Shown here: one piece after another, positions 9,888 to 18,560 of the stretch
Layout of the letters: each line of letters opens with the position of its first letter
Position numbering within the stretch: position 1 is the stretch's first letter
Assembly (NCBI GenBank): GCA_965648915.1
Contig: CBFGIV010000020.1
Location: 1-39,225 of the forward strand
DNA: 39,225 bases
Source of the DNA: a candidate division WOR-3 bacterium
Lineage (GTDB): Bacteria; Hydrothermota; Tepidihabitantia; SM23-42; CAYGYG01
Direction: 5' to 3'
Program-made: the position numbers and the translations under genes
Notes under the pieces: model-generated
Databases searched by the model: none
Told to the model about the DNA's origin: nothing
The model's input: only the letters and a program-made list of their open reading frames with translations

Positions 9888-11934
9888 GCTCGAGACGGGG
9901 ATGGAAGACACCGGCCAGAATAGGCAGAAAGGCCTCGGTTATTTTAACCAGATCTTTGCGGGTAATATTACAGTCATCTAACTGCCGGTCGTTAAAACGG
10001 TGGTCAATGTTATCTTTGAGAATCTTTTCAAGTTTTTTGGATGTTATATTCTTCTCGCCCCGGGCTGAAGCTTCAACCCCGTCAGCCAGCATAACCAGAG
10101 CTGCTTCACGCGACTGAGGACGGGGACCGGGATAACGGAATTCAGTATCGGAGACCTGTCCGTGAAAACGATATAGGGCTTTGCGGTAGAAAGCCTCAAT
10201 GGTTGATGTCCCGTGGTGCTGCTGGATAATGTCGATGATGACTTCGGGTAAGTTAAGTTTTTTCCCCAGGTCCACCCCTTCTTTGACATGAGATAGAATC
10301 ACTAAGGCACTGACCTGCGGTGTCAGCAAGTCGTGGGGATTAGATCGTTCGAGTTGATTTTCAATAAAGTATTCGGGTTTTTTTAATTTACCGATATCAT
10401 GGTAATAGGCAGCAACCCGCGCCAGGATCGGGTTGGCACCGATTGCATTGGCACCGGCCTCGGCAAGGTTGCCGACAACTATTGAATGGTGATAAGTACC
10501 TGAGGCATTTAAGGCCAGTTGCTTAAAAATCGGCAAATTCAGATTACCCAGTTCCAGAAGGGTGAAATCAGTTGTGATGCCGAAGAATTTTTCAACAAGG
10601 GGTAAAATAAAGAAAACCAGAAAGCCGGATATAAAACCATTGAGGGTGGCGTTGCCCAGACTGTTGAGGACTGAGACGCCAGGCTTGAAGTAGAGATGGA
10701 TCAGAATTACACCAAAGATATTCACCAGGGCAGCAATAAAAGAGATAAGATAGAAATCGAGACGACTCTTCATAATTATTTTCATTGAGGCAGCACCAAT
10801 CCCGCTGATTAACAAAAAATAGAAAAGTGAGAAATTGCTGTTGATGAAGGCGAGGCAACTACTTAGTGCAACCGTGAAGGTAAGGGCGGCATCGTAGCCG
10901 AGAAAGAGCGAGACGAGAAAGGAGAAGAAGGCAATGGGATAGAGGTAATAACTGTTGGTAAAGAGTGAACAAATTTTTACAACTATTAAAAAGAGCGCTG
11001 CAGTAAAGATGAGGAATGAAAAATTGCGTTTTTTTAATAACTCGTGATTCTTGGCAAGGTCATAGCGATAGAAAAAGAAGAGAATTGCGAGGTAGAGGAG
11101 ATTACGGGCCAAGAAGATATTGAGCCAGTTGATGACACCGGCCGAGGCGCGTGTCTTTTCGAGGGCCTCGATTTTTTCAAGGACAACCCGGTCGACGCGC
11201 TGGTGGGCTTCGACAATCTTTTCTCCCTTAAATATTTTGCCTTTAGTTTTTGGTAGCGAAGAATAGACCTCTTCAATTTTACTGTTGGTTTTTGATTCAT
11301 TATAGATGAGGTTGGGGGTGAAGAAAATATTGAATAATTCTCTGAATGGAACAGGCCTATTACGGATCATACTGTCGATACGGGTTCGGTCAAATAGGTT
11401 ATCAATCGATTCGAGGATTTCCCGACCATTCATGTTGATCATAACAATTCGGGAGCCAACCAGTGGTTTTATCTCGACCAATCCTTTGAACATTAACTGG
11501 CTGAATAATTCGGTAAGTTCGGTAATTGTCTTACGACGTATCGATTTATTACTGAGATATTCTATGGTCGGGGGCGAAATGGCGAAGCGATGCTGGACCT
11601 CTTTTATTTTCGCTTCATCACTAAGGTTGATTGTGGCAAGAGTATCAAAAAAACTGTTCAAGTATTCAAACTGGGATTTAAGGGTGGCAAAGGCCGTTTC
11701 ATCATAGTCAAATATTTTTGGGATCCGGAGGGCGATTTCTTTTTTTGCCTGCGCGAGTTCGTCTTCGGATTTTAAGATATCGAAATCATAAGGGGCAATA
11801 ATGTCCCTTGGTGCAATGTCATTTTCTTTTAAGTTATATCCGCGAGGTAAAGAGGGAGGCCGGAAAAGGAGATTTATCAGGATCAAGAGCAAGATGATTA
11901 AAAAGAACCGATTGCTATTTGGATTTATTTTCAT
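9856..11934 (-). CDS. 7TM-HD (HDIG) phosphohydrolase, PgpH/YqfF-like cyclic-dinucleotide phosphodiesterase family
   Basis: Extracellular domain, transmembrane block, then GTYHHS, YYHDIGK, QHHGT, YPGPRPQSREAALVMLAD..EA; classic phoH-yqfF-ybeY order. Confidence 0.9.
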   Translation of the reverse strand: MKINPNSNRFFLIILLLILINLLFRPPSLPRGYNLKENDIAPRDIIAPYDFDILKSEDELAQAKKEIALRIPKIFDYDETAFATLKSQFEYLNSFFDTLATINLSDEAKIKEVQHRFAISPPTIEYLSNKSIRRKTITELTELFSQLMFKGLVEIKPLVGSRIVMINMNGREILESIDNLFDRTRIDSMIRNRPVPFRELFNIFFTPNLIYNESKTNSKIEEVYSSLPKTKGKIFKGEKIVEAHQRVDRVVLEKIEALEKTRASAGVINWLNIFLARNLLYLAILFFFYRYDLAKNHELLKKRNFSFLIFTAALFLIVVKICSLFTNSYYLYPIAFFSFLVSLFLGYDAALTFTVALSSCLAFINSNFSLFYFLLISGIGAASMKIIMKSRLDFYLISFIAALVNIFGVILIHLYFKPGVSVLNSLGNATLNGFISGFLVFFILPLVEKFFGITTDFTLLELGNLNLPIFKQLALNASGTYHHSIVVGNLAEAGANAIGANPILARVAAYYHDIGKLKKPEYFIENQLERSNPHDLLTPQVSALVILSHVKEGVDLGKKLNLPEVIIDIIQQHHGTSTIEAFYRKALYRFHGQVSDTEFRYPGPRPQSREAALVMLADGVEASARGEKNITSKKLEKILKDNIDHRFNDRQLDDCNITRKDLVKITEAFLPILAGVFHPRLEHEDKTFSNSP

Positions 11935-12841
11935 AGGCCTTAATGATTTCCTGGACCAGGCGGTGCCGGACTACATCTTTTTCAGTAAGATAGATAAACT
12001 TTATTTCCGGGATGTGTTGCAGGATGTTTTGAATTTCGATGAGTCCTGAATAAGCATTGGGTGGTAGATCGACCTGGGTTATATCGCCGGTAACAACTAT
12101 TTTAGAATTCCAGCCGAGTCGGGTGAGAAACATCTTCATCTGCATCGGGATGGTATTCTGCGCTTCATCGAGAATGATAAATGCATCGTTGAGATTTCGG
12201 CCGCGCATATAAGCAAGGGGTGCGATTTCGATAACCCCGGTATCAATATAACGCCGGGTCCGGTCATAGGGGAGCATATCATAAAGGGCATCGTAGAGGG
12301 GGCGAAGATAGGGATCGATCTTTTCTCTGAGATCACCCGGCAGATAACCGAGGGATTCGCCAGCCTCGACTGCGGGTCGAGTTAGAATAATACGTTCGAC
12401 CTTCTTCTCCATCAGGTAGTAAACGGCTTTGGCTACTGCCAGATAAGTCTTGCCCGTTCCGGCCGGGCCGATACTGATGACGATGTCGTAGTCGTCAATT
12501 GCCCGGACATATCTCATCTGACCATCAGATTTAGGACGGATGAGTGCCTTAGGGGTTGCAATAATATCATGCTCAAAGGTCTTATGATTGATCGAGACTT
12601 TTATTATATCTTTGATCAATCCCTCATCAATGGTCTCGCCGCTGGTAATCTTTTCAATCATCCGGCGGAAGAGGGTTTTTAAGTCACTTATTTCGTCAGC
12701 CGGTCCATCAAAATATATTTTGTTGCCCCGAACTGTAATTCGGGTGAGATAGTGATTCTGAATAGTTTTTAAAAACTGGTCGTTGTGTCCCAGAAGTCGA
12801 ACCGGATCGATATTCTCTATCGAAATCGATGCCTTAGACAT
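11915..12841 (-). CDS. phoH: PhoH-like ATPase (YbeZ)
   Basis: GPAGTGKTYLA, RPAVEAGESLGYLPGD, YMRGR, DEAQN, GDITQVDLP, DVVRH. Confidence 0.96.
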   Translation of the reverse strand: MSKASISIENIDPVRLLGHNDQFLKTIQNHYLTRITVRGNKIYFDGPADEISDLKTLFRRMIEKITSGETIDEGLIKDIIKVSINHKTFEHDIIATPKALIRPKSDGQMRYVRAIDDYDIVISIGPAGTGKTYLAVAKAVYYLMEKKVERIILTRPAVEAGESLGYLPGDLREKIDPYLRPLYDALYDMLPYDRTRRYIDTGVIEIAPLAYMRGRNLNDAFIILDEAQNTIPMQMKMFLTRLGWNSKIVVTGDITQVDLPPNAYSGLIEIQNILQHIPEIKFIYLTEKDVVRHRLVQEIIKAYENKSK

Positions 12842-12945
12842 AAATTAGAAATTATTCAGGCTGACGAATATAGAGTTGAATTCAGAAACCGACCTTGATC
12901 CAATGTCGATTCCTAAAAAAGCAGGGGTAGCGATGTGCATAATAA

Positions 12946-12973
12946 ATTTTATTCGAATAATCGTTTATGTCAA
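12946..12973 (-). promoter_or_regulatory. Putative sigma70 promoter of the phoH-ybeY-recO operon
   Basis: Minus strand TTGACA (12973-12968), 16 nt, TAAAAT (12951-12946). Confidence 0.65.
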
Positions 12974-13207
12974 GAGCTATCTCCTCTTTTTATTAAGAAT
13001 GATGACAAGGGGGCAGTCTCCTCAATTTAAGTCCCGGAATATCAGGGGCTTTGGAAAAACCTTCATTTCCTGTTTTAGTCTTGAATGTTATTAAAAGAAC
13101 CTGATCAGGATCACAATGACAGAAAGGGGTGTATTGAAGTTATCTTGAATTAAACCTCTATTTTCTGTGAGGCGGTGCAGGAGAGAAATGAGGATAAGGA
13201 GGAAAAT

Positions 13208-14149
13208 TTATTTTTTGTCCTCGAAAACCGGTTTTGAGACTTCGAGCATCCGATTGATCATCATTTCAGCCTTTTGCCGGATTTCTTCCTCAACCGTGAT
13301 TTCGTATTTTAAGTCCTCTAAGGACCAGAGTATCTTTTCAAGAGTATTCGCCTTCATATTGGGGCAGACAACCCAGGGGTTGGCAGGGATAAAGACCTTA
13401 TCTGGATTTTCCTTTTTGAGACGGTGGATCAGCCCCAGCTCGGTGCCAATGATTATTTTCTGAGCATCGAGTTCTTTGGCAAGGCGGCACATACCGCTGG
13501 TCGAGGCCACATAATCGGCGACCGCGATCACATCTGACCGGCACTCGGGATGAACAAGGGCAATTGCGCCGGGGTGCTCCTGCTTGCGCTGGATGATATC
13601 CTGAGAACTGATTATGGAATGGGTTGGACAGTAGCCAGGATAGAGATGAAATTTTTTATTGGTTCTGGTTGAGACATAATGGCCAAGATATCGGTCCGGA
13701 ATAAAGAGAATCTCTTCACAGTCAGTTAAGGATTCGACGATTTTGATAGCATTGGCTGAAGTGCAACAGATGTAGGACCCAGCTTTGACATCAGCAGTTG
13801 AATTTATATAGCAGACGACCCTGGCCTGAGGGTATTTTGCTTTTTCAATATTGAGCCGGTCCTTTGTAATCATATCTGCCATTGGACAGCCAGCATCGAG
13901 ATCGGGCATCAAAACCTTTTTGGTCGGGTTGACAATCTTTGCCGTCTCAGCCATAAAGTGGACACCACAGAAAATGATGATTTCTGCCGATGTTATGGCA
14001 GATGCTTTCTGAGCGAGTTCCAGAGAATCTCCGACAAAATCAGCAATATCCTGGACTTCAGGTCGCTGATAATTATGAGCAAGGATTATGGCGTTCTTTG
14101 CCTTCCGCAAGCGGTTTATCTTATCGACCAAATCTTTATTAGAATTCAT
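13208..14149 (-). CDS. nadA: Quinolinate synthase A
   Basis: ILAHNYQ, GDSLEL, FCGVHFMAE, AGCPMA, YINS, C.TH, HPEC, STSGM, GTE.G, CPNMK (three Fe-S cysteines). Confidence 0.97.
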   Translation of the reverse strand: MNSNKDLVDKINRLRKAKNAIILAHNYQRPEVQDIADFVGDSLELAQKASAITSAEIIIFCGVHFMAETAKIVNPTKKVLMPDLDAGCPMADMITKDRLNIEKAKYPQARVVCYINSTADVKAGSYICCTSANAIKIVESLTDCEEILFIPDRYLGHYVSTRTNKKFHLYPGYCPTHSIISSQDIIQRKQEHPGAIALVHPECRSDVIAVADYVASTSGMCRLAKELDAQKIIIGTELGLIHRLKKENPDKVFIPANPWVVCPNMKANTLEKILWSLEDLKYEITVEEEIRQKAEMMINRMLEVSKPVFEDKK

Positions 14150-14155
14150 AGGCTC

Positions 14156-14183
14156 AGTATATTGAAAAACCGGAGATTGTCAA
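14156..14183 (-). promoter_or_regulatory. Putative sigma70 promoter of nadA (leaderless geometry)
   Basis: Minus strand TTGACA (14183-14178), 16 nt, TATACT (14161-14156), 6 nt, then ATG at 14149. Confidence 0.7.
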
Positions 14184-14221
14184 CAGTCCTGGAGTTGCAT
14201 TTTGCAAATAAAAGAAATTTC

Positions 14222-14249
14222 TTGACTTTTGGTTGGATTTTAGTATAAT
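14222..14249 (+). promoter_or_regulatory. Putative sigma70 promoter of the dipeptidase-mltG-cyclase operon
   Basis: TTGACT (14222-14227), 16 nt, TATAAT (14244-14249); ATG at 14261 with no SD. Confidence 0.72.
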
Positions 14250-14260
14250 AAAATACTAAG

Positions 14261-15154
14261 ATGATAAAAATCTTTGATCTGCACTGTGATTCGGTCCAAC
14301 ACCTATCAAAAGCAATTGATCTATCAAAAAGTACCAGTTTTCATATCGATATACCGAAGTTGAAAAAGGCTAATGTCTTAGGGCTGATCTGGGCCTGCTG
14401 GGTATCGCCCGGAGTGAAGAACCCTTTTCATAAAGCGCTGGAATTAATTGATAAATCGATGGATTTTATTGAAAATAATAAAAGATATATCAATCTTGCC
14501 CGGTCGTATGAAGATTTGAAGGGTGATCGGGTAAATTTCATCCTCGGTGTTGAGGGTGGACATATTTTTGATCAGGGACGCTGGCAATTCAAGACATTAT
14601 ATCGTTTAGGTGTAAGAGTATTTACGTTAACCTGGAATAACTCAAATCTTTTGGCCCATTCGGCAGTGGATAATGATAATCTCGGCCTCACTAAATTGGG
14701 GCGTGAGTATATTAAAGAAATGAATAAGAGTCGAGTTATTGTCGATCTCTCGCATTCCTCAAATGCATCTGTGCTTGAGGCCTGCGATCTTCTCCGTATC
14801 CCGCCGATCGCCTCACATTCCTGTCTCCGATCATTAAATGGTCTGGTCAGAAATATAAGTGATCAGGCCTTGAGGGCAATAGCAAGAAAGGGCGGGGTTT
14901 GTGGTGTAAACTTTTCAAGACGCCATCTCGGACGATATGATATTATTGACCACATTCGGTATATCAAAAGTATAATATCGGTCAACCATATTGCGATTGG
15001 GTCTGATTTTGACGGAATTACCGATCCGGTCGTCCCTGACATATCTTATACAAAGACGCTGGCCGAAAGATTACATAAATCAGGTTTTTCCCGGTTCGAG
15101 GTCGAAAAAATTTTATATAAAAACTTTCTGCGTGTCTTCAGAGATATATGCTGA
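14261..15154 (+). CDS. Membrane dipeptidase (peptidase M19 family)
   Basis: DLHCD, VEGG, LTWN..N, GLT..G, DLSH, ASHS, RNI.D, IGSDFDG, N..RV. Confidence 0.93.
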   Translation: MIKIFDLHCDSVQHLSKAIDLSKSTSFHIDIPKLKKANVLGLIWACWVSPGVKNPFHKALELIDKSMDFIENNKRYINLARSYEDLKGDRVNFILGVEGGHIFDQGRWQFKTLYRLGVRVFTLTWNNSNLLAHSAVDNDNLGLTKLGREYIKEMNKSRVIVDLSHSSNASVLEACDLLRIPPIASHSCLRSLNGLVRNISDQALRAIARKGGVCGVNFSRRHLGRYDIIDHIRYIKSIISVNHIAIGSDFDGITDPVVPDISYTKTLAERLHKSGFSRFEVEKILYKNFLRVFRDIC

Positions 15155-16116
15155 ATAAGCAAAAAATAATCGGTGGATTTATCATCCTGATACTGTTAAT
15201 AGTGATTGTTATTTACCAGCCCTGGATCGATGAAAAGGTCGGGGTGATGATACCCTATGGATTTAATATTCAGCAGATCGGCAATCGTTTATATGAAAAG
15301 GGAGTCGTCATCAGTCCGATCGAGTTTATTTTCTGGGGTAAGATTCTGGGTAAGGAGAGAGAGGTCAAGGCCGGCTATTATAGATTGCGGAGACGAACCC
15401 CGGCGTTCTTTATCCTGCCGGTTCTGACCAGGGGTAGTCAGGAATTCATGAGTATCACTATCCCTGAGGGACTCAGAGTAAAAGATGTTGCTCTACTACT
15501 TGAGGAGAGAGAGCTGGTTGATCGAGATGATTTTCTCAAACTGGTTTATGATACAGTATTTATCCGAAAACTCGGACTCAGCATAAATAGTCTGGAGGGA
15601 TTTCTCTTTCCTGATACCTACTATCTTGACCCTGCGCACCCGAATCAAAGTTTATCAATCATAGAGATGATGGTGCAGAATTTTTTTAAAAATACGAAAG
15701 AACTCAAAATGGGCGACTCGCTTTATCCCTATTTGATTATGGCTTCAATTATTGAAAAGGAAGCCCGGCTTGATACAGAGAGACCGATTATTTCAGCCGT
15801 CTTCTGGAATCGTTTGCGTTTGCATAGACCGATTGAGTCTTGTGCCACCGTGCTCTATGCCCTCGACTGGCGAAAAACAAATCTCCTCGAGTCTGATCTC
15901 AAGATCGATTCGCCCTACAATACCTACCGCTACCCTGGACTTCCACCGGGGCCAATCTGTTCGCCTGGTCTTAAATCGATTGTCGCCGCCTGTTATCCCG
16001 ATACTTCCAGTTATCTCTATTTTGTCGCCCGGGGTGATGGTGGTCATATTTTCTCAAGAACCTACCAAGACCATATTCAGGCGAAAATGATGGTAAATAG
16101 ATATGGAAAGAGATAG
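15148..16116 (+). CDS. mltG: Endolytic transglycosylase MltG
   Basis: N-terminal TM helix, TIPEG, LEGFLFPDTY, ASIIEKE, SPYNTY...GLPPGPI.SPG, YLYFVA...H.FS.T...H. Confidence 0.95.
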   Translation: MLNKQKIIGGFIILILLIVIVIYQPWIDEKVGVMIPYGFNIQQIGNRLYEKGVVISPIEFIFWGKILGKEREVKAGYYRLRRRTPAFFILPVLTRGSQEFMSITIPEGLRVKDVALLLEERELVDRDDFLKLVYDTVFIRKLGLSINSLEGFLFPDTYYLDPAHPNQSLSIIEMMVQNFFKNTKELKMGDSLYPYLIMASIIEKEARLDTERPIISAVFWNRLRLHRPIESCATVLYALDWRKTNLLESDLKIDSPYNTYRYPGLPPGPICSPGLKSIVAACYPDTSSYLYFVARGDGGHIFSRTYQDHIQAKMMVNRYGKR

Positions 16117-18559
16117 ATTTGAAGAACTGGTAATCGACCAGAGTGTTTATATCAAGAGACTTCAGGAAGAATACGGAAGACCTGATGAGTATGATTATTT
16201 TCTGACCATCATTGAAAATATCATCGGGTCGGATCAGCATCTGAATTTGTTTAAAAATCGTTCTCCCCGGGGAAAAATTATTCTGTATTTTGGACGCAGG
16301 TTGATTGGACTCCATGAAGAGTTCCTAACATTGTTATTATCATATCTGCAGGATGAGAAGGCTAATTCGATTCGCTGGCAGAAGTTTTTTGAGAGTTATC
16401 GTAATGAACTGGTCAATTGCTATTCTGCTTTCATTAAGGATGAAAAGCCCCGGCTGATACTTTTTGAGATTGGTAACCGAAAGGTCATACGTGATATCCT
16501 GACGAAAAAAATTCGAGCGGGTGAACCCTTAAACAGCGATATACTGGTAAAGGTGTCCCGGACGGTTAATAGCCTTTTTTATTATGCACGGAAGGTTATG
16601 TCTTCAAGTATTCGTTTTGATGACACGCTGATTGCGGAATCTTATGATAAAGTTCTGACTGTACTCCCCCGGATCGAGGAGCCGGATCTGATGCGCCTCC
16701 TCACAGCCCCGATTCAGGGCCAGAAGATGCCGGTGGCTTTCTTTGACCTGCTGGCATCTTATATCAAGGGGCAGACTCTGGCTACATCAGAAAAAGAACT
16801 TCTTGAATCGATTGCGAAGAGAAGTTTCTTTACACGCGATGATTTAAAAAAGATGATTATGGCCTATCCGCTCGGCATCAGCGATGGAATAATAGAGAAG
16901 ATCTTAATTGCTCTCCGAGACCGCCTCAATTTCCAGTTGGGACAGTTAACCAATGAGAAGGATGATGTGATGCAGAGGCTCAATGAATTCAGGGGCAAGA
17001 TGCGAGAATATGTTAATACCTTTGCACAGAAGGTTTGTGAGTCCGCGCAGAACTTTTCGACTCAGGAGATTCTCCGCAGCACGGTGAACGAGATGACAAC
17101 CCCGCTGGTCAGAATGGGTTACTATATTCGTGAACTCGACGGTAAACATCGAGAACTGGTGAAGAAGGAAGAATGTATCAAGATGCTGCTTCAGGTGGAA
17201 AAGGCTGATATCCTGTCCTGGATTAAAGATGTCCCTTACCGCCATCTTCTTGAACTTGTCCTTGCTAATGAACGGGGTATACCCCCGATCGATGAGACAG
17301 GGTTGCAGAAGGAATTGAGAGATCTTTATCGAGCCGCGAAGTCGAATCCGATCGAAATGGAATTGATGAATACATATCGGCGGGGCGGCATTTTTACTGA
17401 ACGATTTGAGATTCCGCGGCTGATCGATCAATTTCAGGTTGTTATTCGGGAGGTTATTAAACCGGTTGTTATAACTCTTTTGTTTGAGGAACTTGTTGAG
17501 TATTTTCCACCTTTAGGCCAAATATCTCACGAAAATTTAAAATTCCTGGCTGAAGAGATTGCAGAGAATAAAGTCTATACACTGGCTGAAGAGATAGAAA
17601 AACCAGGTTCTCCAAATGTAATAATCAGTGATGAGACACGCCGGGAGATTGAGCAGTTTCGGTCGGTTGTTTCGGTTCTGGTCTATGATATTCGCGGTTC
17701 AACTTTTATGGGAACGAAACTGCAGAATGCCCGGAAGGAGAGCGAGATCCGAAATCTTTTTAACAAAGCGATGCTCGAGACTGTCATCAAGTATGGAGGA
17801 ATGCCGATCAAGGATACGGGGGACGGCGGTATTATATTCTTCTGTGCTAACGCCCGGGAACTGACCCTTGCCGATAAGAGAGAAAATTTAAACCCGGAAT
17901 CCGGTGAAAGCGTTGGCATCACCGCAGCACGCTGTGGTATCGAAATGGTCCAGAAGGCTCAGGAATTTGTGGAAGAGAATCTTATGAAGTATGGTGAGTG
18001 GTTTAAGGATGTGGAAGAGCGGGAGATAAAGTTTGAAGGTATAACCCTGGCCACACTACCGCCTGAATACAAGAAGATCTTTCAGGTTGGTATTGGAATT
18101 GCCTCGGGTTTTTATCCACGTGAAGTCTATCTTGACCGGAATGCTTTTAATGAGATCGATATTTCCGGGATGCTGGTCAGAGAGGCCAATATCTTCTCCA
18201 AGGCAAAAAGACTCGAAGGTTCAATTGTTCTGTGTGATGATACAACAGTTTACAACCTCATTCTGAATGCTCCCAAGTTTTCGTTCGTATCTGATAAAGG
18301 GTTGAAGATCGATCCGATTGTGAATGATGTAATTCAGGCACTTGATTACTGGCTTAAAGTCAGGGAAGAAAGGCGTGGATTTATGATTGAGATGTTTAAA
18401 TTACTGGCCCAGCGGGTCGATGGTAAGGTCGTCTACGATAAGGAGTGTAAGATGTTTGCAACACTGGACGATTTCAGTCTGTCGGTGCGGGATGAGGGTT
18501 TTCATCTCGATGCTAAAGGCGGGCGAACTAAATATCTTTTTGAACTAACCCGGGGTTGA
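16103..18559 (+). CDS. Large helical protein with C-terminal divergent class III adenylate/guanylate cyclase-like domain (paralog A)
   Basis: VSVLVYDIRGST, YGG.PIKDTGDG, VGIGIASG, DISG follow the class III cyclase motif order; the N-terminal ~500 aa are charged and helical with no family I recognise. Confidence 0.72.
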   Translation: MERDRFEELVIDQSVYIKRLQEEYGRPDEYDYFLTIIENIIGSDQHLNLFKNRSPRGKIILYFGRRLIGLHEEFLTLLLSYLQDEKANSIRWQKFFESYRNELVNCYSAFIKDEKPRLILFEIGNRKVIRDILTKKIRAGEPLNSDILVKVSRTVNSLFYYARKVMSSSIRFDDTLIAESYDKVLTVLPRIEEPDLMRLLTAPIQGQKMPVAFFDLLASYIKGQTLATSEKELLESIAKRSFFTRDDLKKMIMAYPLGISDGIIEKILIALRDRLNFQLGQLTNEKDDVMQRLNEFRGKMREYVNTFAQKVCESAQNFSTQEILRSTVNEMTTPLVRMGYYIRELDGKHRELVKKEECIKMLLQVEKADILSWIKDVPYRHLLELVLANERGIPPIDETGLQKELRDLYRAAKSNPIEMELMNTYRRGGIFTERFEIPRLIDQFQVVIREVIKPVVITLLFEELVEYFPPLGQISHENLKFLAEEIAENKVYTLAEEIEKPGSPNVIISDETRREIEQFRSVVSVLVYDIRGSTFMGTKLQNARKESEIRNLFNKAMLETVIKYGGMPIKDTGDGGIIFFCANARELTLADKRENLNPESGESVGITAARCGIEMVQKAQEFVEENLMKYGEWFKDVEEREIKFEGITLATLPPEYKKIFQVGIGIASGFYPREVYLDRNAFNEIDISGMLVREANIFSKAKRLEGSIVLCDDTTVYNLILNAPKFSFVSDKGLKIDPIVNDVIQALDYWLKVREERRGFMIEMFKLLAQRVDGKVVYDKECKMFATLDDFSLSVRDEGFHLDAKGGRTKYLFELTRG

Positions 18560-18560
18560 T

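Noticed and set aside
12842..13207. 365-nt gap between nadA and phoH, with ORF 12876-13094, considered as riboswitch, tRNA or small gene
   Set aside because: No cloverleaf, no convincing stem set or riboswitch consensus seen; the ORF lacks an SD and overlaps the phoH promoter. An Rfam scan would settle it.
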